From Acinetobacter wanghuae (GTDB taxonomy: Bacteria; Pseudomonadota; Gammaproteobacteria; Pseudomonadales; Moraxellaceae): 32,000 nt of DNA. The stretch is taken from positions 2,070,001 to 2,102,000 of the forward strand of contig NZ_CP045650.1 of NCBI RefSeq assembly GCF_009557235.1, read 5' to 3'. Below, one piece after another: positions 19,906-28,441 of this stretch. Position 1 is the stretch's first letter, and each line of letters opens with the position of its first letter. The notes below the pieces were generated by a model. It made no database searches. It was not told where the DNA came from and saw only the letters and a list, made by a program, of their open reading frames with translations. Position numbers and translations under genes: made by a program.

Positions 19906-19942
19906 AATGAGGTGACATGGATCAATGTTCACCTCATTTTTT
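19906..19942 (+). terminator. Rho-independent terminator after the RND operon
   Basis: A 10-bp perfect stem AATGAGGTGA/TCACCTCATT is followed by TTTTTT. Confidence 0.8.
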
Positions 19943-19988
19943 ATTGTATAATCTCTGCTTTAACGCTTAATTTTTTAGGACAGTTTCC

Positions 19989-21704
19989 ATGCGCGCGAGT
20001 CGCTTTTTATTTGCAACGTTAAGAGAAACCCCAAACGATGCTGAAGTTATTTCTCATCAGCTCATGCTTCGTGCCGGTATGATTCGTAAATTGGCTTCAG
20101 GTTTATACACTTGGCTGCCGATGGGTGTACGCGTTTTAAATAAAGTTGAAGCGATTATTCGCGAAGAAATGGATCGTGTTGGCTCACTTCAAGTATTGAT
20201 GCCTGTGACTCAGCCTGCATCACTATGGGAAGAATCAGGTCGTTTTGTGCAATATGGTCCTGAACTATTACGTTTTAAAGATCGTCACAGCAATGACTTT
20301 GTACTTGGCCCAACACACGAAGAAGTAATTACTGACCTTGCACGTAATGAGCTTAAAAGCTACAAGCAATTACCTGCAAACTTCTACCAAGTTCAAACTA
20401 AATTCCGTGATGAAATTCGTCCACGTTTTGGTGTGATGCGTTCACGTGAATTCGTAATGAAAGATGCGTATTCTTTCCATATCGATCAAGAATCTCTACA
20501 AAAAACCTATGACGATATGTATGCGGCGTACTGCAAAATCTTTACTCGTTTAGGTTTGAACTTCCGTCCTGTGCAAGCCGATACCGGTTCAATCGGTGGT
20601 TCAGGTTCACACGAATTCCACGTTTTAGCATCAAGCGGTGAAGATGATATTGCATTCTCAACTGAATCTGACTATGCAGCGAACGTTGAAATGGCAGAAG
20701 CAGTACTTGTAGGTGAGCGTGCAGCTCCAACACAAGAACTCAAAGTTGTAGATACGCCAAATCAAAAAACCATCGCAGAAGTTTCAAACTTCTTAGGGAC
20801 AGATGCAGCTCAATCTGTTAAAGCACTCCTTGTACAAGGTGTTGCGGAAGAAGGTAAAGATGCTCCTGTCGTGGCGTTATTCTTACGTGGTGACCACGAA
20901 CTCAATGAAATTAAAGCTGAAAAACATCCTTTAATTGCAGCGCCACTTGCATTTGCAACTGAAGAACAGCTTGCAAAGCTTGGCTTAACTGCAGGTTTCG
21001 TGGGTCCTCAAGGTCTTGTTGAAAAAGGTGTGATAGTAATTGTTGACCGTGCTGCATCTGTGCTTTCAGACTTTGTTGCCGGTGCAAATATTGCTCACAA
21101 ACACGCAACCGGTGTCAACTGGGAACGTGATGCACAGTTCACTGAAGTTTACGACTTACGTAATGTGGTAGAAGGCGATCCTTCTCCAGATGGTAAAGGC
21201 ACTCTACAAATTAAACGTGGTATTGAAGTCGGTCATATCTTCCAATTGGGGCAAAAATACTCTGAAGCTTTAGGCTGTAAAGTCTTGGGTAAAGATGGTA
21301 AACCAACTGTAGTCACTATGGGTTGTTACGGCATTGGTGTAACACGTGTGGTAGCGTCTGCCATTGAACAAAACTTTGACGAAAAAGGCATTATTTGGCC
21401 GACCTCGATTACACCGTTTGAAGTTGCGATTGTGCCAATGAATGCACACAAGTCACCACGTACTGTAGAAGCAGCAGAAAGCTTATATGCTGAACTTCAA
21501 GCTGCAGGTTGTGACGTGTTACTGGATGACCGTGATGAACGTCCAGGCGTAAAATTCTCTGACCTTGAAATTACGGGTATTCCACACCGTATTGTGATTG
21601 GTGAAAAAGGTTTGGATGCCGGTACGTTTGAATATAAAGGTCGCCGTGATGCTGAATCAGTCAATATTTCGAAAGCAGAATTATTGGCGAAAATTGCTAA
21701 ATAA
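19989..21704 (+). CDS. proS: Proline--tRNA ligase
   Basis: 571 aa. The N-terminus [40 protein letters not shown] and class II motifs ([34 protein letters not shown]) indicate bacterial-type ProRS with an editing insertion. Confidence 0.95.
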   Translation: MRASRFLFATLRETPNDAEVISHQLMLRAGMIRKLASGLYTWLPMGVRVLNKVEAIIREEMDRVGSLQVLMPVTQPASLWEESGRFVQYGPELLRFKDRHSNDFVLGPTHEEVITDLARNELKSYKQLPANFYQVQTKFRDEIRPRFGVMRSREFVMKDAYSFHIDQESLQKTYDDMYAAYCKIFTRLGLNFRPVQADTGSIGGSGSHEFHVLASSGEDDIAFSTESDYAANVEMAEAVLVGERAAPTQELKVVDTPNQKTIAEVSNFLGTDAAQSVKALLVQGVAEEGKDAPVVALFLRGDHELNEIKAEKHPLIAAPLAFATEEQLAKLGLTAGFVGPQGLVEKGVIVIVDRAASVLSDFVAGANIAHKHATGVNWERDAQFTEVYDLRNVVEGDPSPDGKGTLQIKRGIEVGHIFQLGQKYSEALGCKVLGKDGKPTVVTMGCYGIGVTRVVASAIEQNFDEKGIIWPTSITPFEVAIVPMNAHKSPRTVEAAESLYAELQAAGCDVLLDDRDERPGVKFSDLEITGIPHRIVIGEKGLDAGTFEYKGRRDAESVNISKAELLAKIAK

Positions 21705-21716
21705 TTTGATTTAGAT

Positions 21717-21747
21717 GCAAAAAATCCCGCGACATGCGGGATTTTTT
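21717..21747. terminator. Bidirectional terminator between proS and the four-gene operon
   Basis: AAAAAATCCCGCGACATGCGGGATTTTTT is a hairpin flanked by an A-run and a T-run between convergent genes. Confidence 0.8.
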
Positions 21748-21764
21748 ATATCTTGGATTCTTTA

Positions 21765-23090
21765 TTAGCAGAATTTAAGACCGCCGAAGCAATTGGATTT
21801 AAAATTTTGACCTTGCAGTGTTAAATTAACTAGAGGAAAATCTAAAGATGTTGTAAGCGGTATATTTCCAACACCAAGCGTGCTTCCTCCAATACAGCCT
21901 GATAGCAGATTACCGCAAGCTCGAGGATTATCAGTTAAATTTTTACTGATACCGGCAATGGTCTGCTGTAATACAGCATTTGAAATGTCTACATTTGTTG
22001 TTGGGCTTAAACTTCCTAAATCAACCTCATCCTCCATTGCAAGCCACCAGCCTTTATTGGCCCCAGCTGAAGCACCTGGCCATAAAAGGTTAACCTGCTG
22101 CAAAGACAAGGAAGCTGCATTATTTAAATATAAGGCATGGATTAACCCCAAATCTTGGGAAACCGAAATATCAGTTTTTAACCCTGTAATATTACCAGTT
22201 ACAACTTTATCTAAATTCAAAAGACCTAAGACTTGGGCTGTTAAATCTCCATAGAAGTCTAATTGGCCAACAGTGCCTGACCCCTTAAGATCGACTTTGG
22301 TCATTCTTGAGCCCGATACTTGAGTAGAATTGATAGTAAATGGCGCATAGGCTGATTTTAAAATAAGATCGTATCCATTTGACTCATAACTAATTTCAAG
22401 ACCTGAAGAACAAGAGTCACCTATTAAACATCCTGAGACTTTACCTTTAATAGGGTAATTGAATGTATTTTTGTCATAAATCATATGTCGTTCATTAGTA
22501 ATTGCTGTTCCAGAAGCTTCTTTGGTTTTCATATAACCACTAAAAGATTTAATTCCATTCGGCGTTGAACTATTCTCCGTACCAAGTGTCATTAGACCAG
22601 CAATTTTTTCAGCGCTTACTCTAAAACCCAAAACTTCTCTAGTTGAAGCTAAAGTAGGATTTTTAATCGCAAATTGTATAAAAGGGTTTGTAATAACCGC
22701 CGATGTAGCAGCACGCTCATCAGATGTATAATCGCTTTTTATTGTTCCATCTGCATTTTTCACTAAGCCACTTAATGCAATATTATCAATATTGATATCA
22801 CACGCCTGAGATGATTTCGCTGCTGCATTTGCATAGCCGCAACCCAACTGTAGACTCTTAATATTAGCGTTCAGCTCCATTTCTGCATCTAGACCAAGCT
22901 TATAAAAACCTATATTGGATTGATCGTAACTAATTCCCATCGAGTCCGTACTATTCGTCCCTGATTGATACTGCAAATTTAATAAAGCCTGCCCATCGAC
23001 TTTGGACAATGATTGATCATCTAAAGCAATCATCCCATACGAATGAGAAACTGCAAACATGCTTAAAGCAGCTAATACTAAAATTTTCAT
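21765..23090 (-). CDS. Secreted protein of unknown function, 4th gene of the operon (possibly FilE-like)
   Basis: 441 aa with signal peptide MKILVLAALSMFAVSHSYG, then ALDDQSLSKVDGQ. It is rich in G/S/T/N/L. Eight Cys form four short pairs (C84/C97, C221/C227, C392/C399, C434/C441), and the last residue is Cys. A Shine-Dalgarno AGGGA lies 7 nt upstream of the ATG. Confidence 0.6.
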   Translation of the reverse strand: MKILVLAALSMFAVSHSYGMIALDDQSLSKVDGQALLNLQYQSGTNSTDSMGISYDQSNIGFYKLGLDAEMELNANIKSLQLGCGYANAAAKSSQACDINIDNIALSGLVKNADGTIKSDYTSDERAATSAVITNPFIQFAIKNPTLASTREVLGFRVSAEKIAGLMTLGTENSSTPNGIKSFSGYMKTKEASGTAITNERHMIYDKNTFNYPIKGKVSGCLIGDSCSSGLEISYESNGYDLILKSAYAPFTINSTQVSGSRMTKVDLKGSGTVGQLDFYGDLTAQVLGLLNLDKVVTGNITGLKTDISVSQDLGLIHALYLNNAASLSLQQVNLLWPGASAGANKGWWLAMEDEVDLGSLSPTTNVDISNAVLQQTIAGISKNLTDNPRACGNLLSGCIGGSTLGVGNIPLTTSLDFPLVNLTLQGQNFKSNCFGGLKFC

Positions 23091-23117
23091 ATTAATTTCC
23101 CTGATTTTTAATTATTT

Positions 23118-25466
23118 TTAACGTGGCTTAATGCCAAGCGTGCTGCGCATTGATCCTCCAGTAAACGCAATATCTCCAATTTTCTGCATTTTCCCTACGC
23201 TAGGTGACAGTGCAACCTCTGCAGTAAAAGCTTTTCCAATAGTACTTTCATTTCCTAAACGATTAAAACTAACTTGACTATCTAAAACAGCTGTATCTTT
23301 TTTCATACGTACACGCGCTTCAGCTCCAACATCACCCTGCATCTTATTTAAGTTAATACTCGATACATTCACTGAATCTTCATTACTGATGCTGATATAG
23401 CTTCCAAGATTTTCTGCATCATTCTTTTCATCAGCTAATAGAGGTGTAAACTGAAAATTTGCCTTTAGCTTCAAATAATTGGTATCAGGTGTTGCTGAAG
23501 CACTTTCAATACCTGGAATAATAAAGAGTTTGCCATCGCCGTCTAATTTAAATGCAATACTAGCAAGTACATCATCTTTACGACCGAAATTATCGATTGG
23601 TACGATTTTCTTACCGCATTCACCGCCACAATTATATAGAGACCCTGGAAGTTGCCCTATTGCAATCTCAGCTTTTGCAGCAAATAGTAAGTTATCTGCT
23701 TTAATATATATTCCATTATCCTCAAAACCGATGACACCATTGGCTTTAATATAAGAGTCAATATTTCTCAGACCTGCATAATAGTTCACTTCTTCACCTT
23801 GAAGGACTTTACCACTTGTATCCTTCAAAGGCACACCATCACTGTCTTTTAATGTACGCTTTTCACCATCTAAAACCAATAAGGATGTAGTGTAGGAATT
23901 TCCAGTTTCACTATCATAATAATATCCATCCGTAGACATAGCTAAGTCAAAACCTAATCCACTCTTTTCATTTCCTAATTTATTGGTATATTTTTTTTCA
24001 AATAACCCTAAATTGGCATTCAAATTATATATAGGTATACCGATACCCCATGTACCTTCTGGGGCATTATTCTCAGGTAAAGAATTATCAGAAATAAATC
24101 TTGCTTTACGAGCAATTGCTTGGAAATCCATACCACGCACAGCAATAAGTGTCATAGTTTGAGGATCTATAGTGGGTGAGGGATTATAAATTATTTTATT
24201 ATCAGGTAATTGTAATATATTTTTAATCTGATCATTTACAGCGAATCCTAAATTATCCGTGTTTACTGTATTTATATAAATATCACCAAAATTTATATAA
24301 GCATTAGCTGTACTTAAAGGTGCACCTTCAGCTTCAGATGTTCGTACATTCAAGCGAGTGAGATTAGAGAATTCGATAGCATAACTACCTGTACCCGTAT
24401 GGCCTAACTCAAAAGTAGTGGGCGTTTTTCCACTTACTGTTGTTTTATCTTTATCTGCGCGCGTAAAATCTGCAGACATCCCCAAATGCAAACCACCGCC
24501 TTGAGTAAAATCGTAGCCTTCATTGTCAGCAATTGTACTTTTTACACCACCATTAATAACATGGAATGATGAAGCACCTTCTTGCTTAGCATTGAGCATA
24601 ATCTTACCATTGGTCAAAGCACCAGATGCACCAAGACGGATTAAATTTCCTTGTGTTCCATCTTCACCATAACGCAGATCAATATTTACTCCTGGCTTTG
24701 TCTTTCCTGCGAACTCATTATCTTTTACACGATTTAATTCAACAAAATTCCCGGCATCACGTGTTTCCAAAATAATCCCATTATCAGGATCAATGAACAT
24801 GTATCCATCGGCACTCAGATTAAAATTAAAATCTTTCAGTGTTAGATTCTGCCCATTCTGACCATATGAAATACTAGCATTTTGTAGTCTAAAGTCTAAA
24901 TGGGCGCTATCATTCTGATTAAATAGTCCATTTTTTGTTTTTAAATAAACTTCAAGAGGAGATGTTGTTGAAATACTCAAGCTACCCAAATTCTGTGGTT
25001 TACTTGAATTTTTATAAATAATTTTTCCTGTCTTATCATCTCTTCTAATTTCACCACTGATATCTCTTTCAATAATACATTCAGATGGACATAACATAAT
25101 CTGAGATGCAGCTAAAACAAAAGGTGAAATACTTGCTGAAAACTCTATACCAACACCATCTCTACTTTCACTGATTTCAGTTCTTCCCACATCAAAATCT
25201 ATTTTAGATAGAATTGATGTGTTACCAGCATTCGCACTGATTTGAACATCATGCAGACCCAATTTAATTGGAGTTTTTCCATTTTCCGAATAATCTACCC
25301 AATTTAATTGATCTATATTCGCTCTCGACATTTCATGAGTAATACTAATTCCATCCTGACCAGTGACCGAACTAAGTGTTTGATCAGACATTACTTGCAG
25401 TGCATAACTTTGATTGGCTGCACAGATACAAGCTACGAGAAAATTTAATTTTATTATTGCTCTCAC
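23118..25466 (-). CDS. Large secreted or outer-membrane-associated protein of unknown function, 3rd gene of the operon
   Basis: 782 aa with a GTG start preceded by AAGGA/GGAG. The signal peptide ends ...ANQSYA and is followed by VMSDQTLSSVTGQDG. It is N/G/S/T-rich and beta-like, with mature Cys only in two C-x3-C pairs (CPSEC, CGGEC). Confidence 0.6.
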   Translation of the reverse strand: MRAIIKLNFLVACICAANQSYALQVMSDQTLSSVTGQDGISITHEMSRANIDQLNWVDYSENGKTPIKLGLHDVQISANAGNTSILSKIDFDVGRTEISESRDGVGIEFSASISPFVLAASQIMLCPSECIIERDISGEIRRDDKTGKIIYKNSSKPQNLGSLSISTTSPLEVYLKTKNGLFNQNDSAHLDFRLQNASISYGQNGQNLTLKDFNFNLSADGYMFIDPDNGIILETRDAGNFVELNRVKDNEFAGKTKPGVNIDLRYGEDGTQGNLIRLGASGALTNGKIMLNAKQEGASSFHVINGGVKSTIADNEGYDFTQGGGLHLGMSADFTRADKDKTTVSGKTPTTFELGHTGTGSYAIEFSNLTRLNVRTSEAEGAPLSTANAYINFGDIYINTVNTDNLGFAVNDQIKNILQLPDNKIIYNPSPTIDPQTMTLIAVRGMDFQAIARKARFISDNSLPENNAPEGTWGIGIPIYNLNANLGLFEKKYTNKLGNEKSGLGFDLAMSTDGYYYDSETGNSYTTSLLVLDGEKRTLKDSDGVPLKDTSGKVLQGEEVNYYAGLRNIDSYIKANGVIGFEDNGIYIKADNLLFAAKAEIAIGQLPGSLYNCGGECGKKIVPIDNFGRKDDVLASIAFKLDGDGKLFIIPGIESASATPDTNYLKLKANFQFTPLLADEKNDAENLGSYISISNEDSVNVSSINLNKMQGDVGAEARVRMKKDTAVLDSQVSFNRLGNESTIGKAFTAEVALSPSVGKMQKIGDIAFTGGSMRSTLGIKPR

Positions 25467-25494
25467 TCCAATTTCCTTTTGAAAGTATCAATAA

Positions 25495-26235
25495 TTAGCA
25501 ACGCGCATTCGCATTGCCTGTGCAATTAAAACCAAAAATCTTTAAATCACCGGACATATGCAAATTCCCATGCATATTAACGCCCATAAATCCTTTTTCA
25601 CGCCCTTTATCAAAAGTTCCTATAGAAAGGGTTTGTCCATCATCCGCATAAGTTCCATCTGTCTTCTTATAGAACGTCTTAAAAGTATCTTCATACTTAG
25701 ACAGCTTCATATAGCCTTTATCTTTTTCTGTTTTCCCTCCATTTTCATCAGTTTCTATACTTAAAGTTTCAAATCCTAAATTTCTTATTTTTATAGGGTT
25801 TGCATCACTAAATCTAACATTTAAAGCCGTCTTAGGAGTTAAGGCTGGATCAGCATAAACTATTGTAGAGCCTTCAATAGCAAAACTATCAATTTGCACT
25901 GTTCCTTGAATCTTTTTAAAAACTAGCCATTTCTGATTTTCATTTTCATCTTTATGATTATTTGGCGAAAATGCTAATCGGCACTGAATATCATTTTTAC
26001 AGCTATATCCATAATAAACTTCCTTATCGCCTTGATTATTTACCCCCCAAATGTCTGTTAAAGACATTTCGTTCGCGTAGCGGTGATTTAAAGATAGTGT
26101 CCAGCTTAGATCAGCGCCGCCTTGACCATAAGTATTTTGCATTTGAGATGAATCTAAATTTGTTAATGTAGCATGCGCTATGCCAGTTAAAAAAAATAAT
26201 CCAGTAAAATAAGATTTATTGATCATTATCTTCAT
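25495..26235 (-). CDS. Small secreted protein of unknown function, 2nd gene of the operon
   Basis: 246 aa from ATG 26235, or 243 aa from ATG 26226, which has better spacing to the AAGGA that overlaps the upstream stop (TAAGGATGAAGATAATG). The signal peptide ends GIAHA and is followed by NLDSSQMQNTYGQGG. It has two Cys pairs (C-x5-C and a C-terminal C-x7-C). Confidence 0.6.
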   Translation of the reverse strand: MKIMINKSYFTGLFFLTGIAHATLTNLDSSQMQNTYGQGGADLSWTLSLNHRYANEMSLTDIWGVNNQGDKEVYYGYSCKNDIQCRLAFSPNNHKDENENQKWLVFKKIQGTVQIDSFAIEGSTIVYADPALTPKTALNVRFSDANPIKIRNLGFETLSIETDENGGKTEKDKGYMKLSKYEDTFKTFYKKTDGTYADDGQTLSIGTFDKGREKGFMGVNMHGNLHMSGDLKIFGFNCTGNANARC

Positions 26236-26237
26236 CC

Positions 26238-28223
26238 TTATAATCCTGTAGTTTTAATCTTTAAATGCTGAATAAGAACCCCATCTATCGCAACAGAACC
26301 AAGATTAACTGGACTACCTGATAAGTTTTTAAAAACGATACCTGTTGCATTGCTTCCTGTTCCTGCATTAATTCGCTTAGTAGATGCATCATATGCTGCT
26401 GTACCAATTGTAATACTGCTATGAGTTGCCGCACTGCTCTGATATGTTGCACCGCCAATAGAAATATTTTTACCGCACTCATATACACTGCATGTTGAAC
26501 CTGAAATCTCATATATGCCTGTAGTACCAGTTTCAGGATTTTTGACTGAAAGAGAAGCCTTTCCTGTACTAGAGTCAACTGTGATATTTTTATTAGCACT
26601 ATCAGTGTCTGAGTAATAATTATAAATTTTAGTATATATTTCAGGAATATTTGGGATTCTTGTTATTTCTAAAATAATATTATTGGTATCAGACCCAATA
26701 ATAAATGGCTGATACATATTACCCAGTACTAAGTTAATATTAGGACTGTACAAATATAATCCTTCATTCTTATTAAACAGTGGTGCTGTTCCACCATTTA
26801 ATGCTGGCGTAGCAGCTGCTGGCGTAACTGCAGGCTCCTGTTCAGCGGTACTGATACGAATTGCTTTATTATTATTAAGCGCAGTAAAGCTAACATTGCT
26901 TGGAGTTAAGTCTGTATTTAGCCTTAAAATACTTGCCATACCTAAAGTCGAATTATACTGACTGTTCTCGGCATTCTTTGTTTCCATTGTTTGGAACAAT
27001 CTCAATTGCGTACCGTCAATTGACAATCCATTTGCTACAAATTGAAGCCTTAATCTCGAGTTTGCAGACAAATCACTGCTATCTATCGGAGCTCCTGTTG
27101 CTTCATCTACTAAATAATCAGAATTCCAGCTCCTTGAAAATAAATCAGCCCAGAATCCCATTTTAAACACATTAGGAGATAATGTTGAAAGCAATGGAGC
27201 CTCAAGAGCTAAATACCCTACATCTCCTGGTGTATTCTCAAATTGGCGTACGCCTTTTTCTGTACCCGCCCTAAAAAGCCAAGGATTTTCTGCGGTCCCC
27301 CAATTAAATCCACTATTACTGAATCTTTGATTTAAATCACTATTCGACGCTGAAAGCGCAAGACCGTAAATAAATACATCAGCTTTATTCTTAGTGTTTC
27401 CAAAAGCAGCGACAGCCTTTGTACGCAAACTTGACCGGCTCTCAGCTGTATCCAAAACATTTTTAACATCACTATCAACTTGCTGTGCAGCATAATTCTG
27501 CATAAGCAAGCTTGTTCTTGCATTGGCTAAGAAATCAGCTTCATTATTAATTTTTGCTGTGACTCTATTTTCTATTTCGTTGATCCATGCTGTTGTCTTC
27601 AAATCTGCATTTGCATCTGCTATAGCGGCAGCTTCCTTTCTTTCTTTACTCCATGTTCCATAACTCCATACATTGCTGTATTTATTATCCAGATAATATT
27701 GTATACGCTGGGAATATACCGTATCTGGAGTGGCTCTAGATGTCTCAAAATTTTTAAAATCCGTATAGCGTAAATTCCTTACCTCAGCTTTAGCCAAAAC
27801 CAGCTGCTGATTATAGATATTTGTTTTTTGAGCAGCATTATTCAAAGAAGAGTTATAAACATTCGCTTTAGAAGTCGCATATTGCGCTTGATACGCTTTT
27901 TGATATTCCTGTTCATATAATTTTGAAAATTCTTTTTGATAACTACCACCCGTTGGAATAATACGAATAAAGCCAGTGTCATATGCTTCAGGTTTCTTAT
28001 AAGGATCTATAGCGTTGTAAGTTGAATTTTTAGAAATATCATTCGGTCCTTGAAATACCATCTTGAAGTTATCTAAAACAAGTGCAACACCTTCACCGGT
28101 TGTATCAGAAAGTGAATGATCAGAGAGTTCCTGCATAGCATGTGCAGTAGGGAGCATCATTAAGCCAATGGTTAAAGCTAAATAACGTCTACGAAAACGA
28201 TGAAAACGTACCAATTCTGTCAT
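26238..28223 (-). CDS. Secreted protein of unknown function, 1st gene of the operon (possibly FilF-like)
   Basis: 661 aa with a strong Shine-Dalgarno GAAGGAAG. The basic n-region RFHRFRRRY is followed by LALTIGLMMLPTAHA, then ELSDHSLSDTTGEG. A Y/Q/A/K-rich helical segment (aa about 95-260) precedes a G/S/T/N-rich region. There is a single Cys pair (C-x4-C). Confidence 0.6.
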   Translation of the reverse strand: MTELVRFHRFRRRYLALTIGLMMLPTAHAMQELSDHSLSDTTGEGVALVLDNFKMVFQGPNDISKNSTYNAIDPYKKPEAYDTGFIRIIPTGGSYQKEFSKLYEQEYQKAYQAQYATSKANVYNSSLNNAAQKTNIYNQQLVLAKAEVRNLRYTDFKNFETSRATPDTVYSQRIQYYLDNKYSNVWSYGTWSKERKEAAAIADANADLKTTAWINEIENRVTAKINNEADFLANARTSLLMQNYAAQQVDSDVKNVLDTAESRSSLRTKAVAAFGNTKNKADVFIYGLALSASNSDLNQRFSNSGFNWGTAENPWLFRAGTEKGVRQFENTPGDVGYLALEAPLLSTLSPNVFKMGFWADLFSRSWNSDYLVDEATGAPIDSSDLSANSRLRLQFVANGLSIDGTQLRLFQTMETKNAENSQYNSTLGMASILRLNTDLTPSNVSFTALNNNKAIRISTAEQEPAVTPAAATPALNGGTAPLFNKNEGLYLYSPNINLVLGNMYQPFIIGSDTNNIILEITRIPNIPEIYTKIYNYYSDTDSANKNITVDSSTGKASLSVKNPETGTTGIYEISGSTCSVYECGKNISIGGATYQSSAATHSSITIGTAAYDASTKRINAGTGSNATGIVFKNLSGSPVNLGSVAIDGVLIQHLKIKTTGL

Positions 28224-28410
28224 TTCTAACTTCCTTCTTTTATGATGCTCCGCATCTCTATCCTGCTAGCTTCCCAGCCTTCGCCATTCAATTTATACGA
28301 CGCATTCCGCATCTATTTTTATAGATATACAGCATCTATTATGCTTATTTTTAATCCAGATACCAAAGTCAACCGACTAAAAAACACAAGTTTCCGATGA
28401 ATGAAATCTC

Positions 28411-28441
28411 AAAAAAAGAAACGGGGCAAAATGCCCCGTTT
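28411..28441 (-). terminator. Rho-independent terminator of dcd, insulating it from the downstream operon
   Basis: The minus strand reads AAACGGGGCATTTTGCCCCGTTTCTTTTTTT. Confidence 0.85.

Noticed and set aside
21880-22254. 124-aa plus-strand ORF antisense to the 441-aa gene, and other short ORFs inside the operon (23479..23754, 25558..25764, 25962..26171, 26285..26599, 26900..27166, 27332..27523)
   Set aside because: They overlap the long signal-peptide ORFs, have no Shine-Dalgarno, and have low-complexity or odd composition. They are treated as shadow ORFs.
23118-25466. The 782-aa protein as a fimbrial usher, with the 246-aa protein as its chaperone
   Set aside because: The sizes are superficially right. 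I could not see the usual chaperone features or usher-like plug and C-terminal domains. All four proteins share the same N-terminal motif, which is not expected for a chaperone-usher set. This needs an HMM search to settle, so it remains the main alternative hypothesis under the first finding.
25428-25466. Lipobox-like LVAC at residues 10-13 of the 782-aa protein
   Set aside because: The hydrophobic region before it is very short. A type I site after SYA (residue 22) places the shared motif at the same distance from the cleavage site as in the other three proteins. A lipoprotein is not excluded, but I judge it less likely.
28160-28223. Possible twin-arginine (Tat) signal in the 661-aa protein (RFHRFRRRYLAL)
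   Set aside because: The sequence only loosely fits S/T-R-R-x-F-L-K. The other three operon proteins have plain Sec-type leaders. I treat it as a Sec signal with a very basic n-region unless TatP or SignalP says otherwise.
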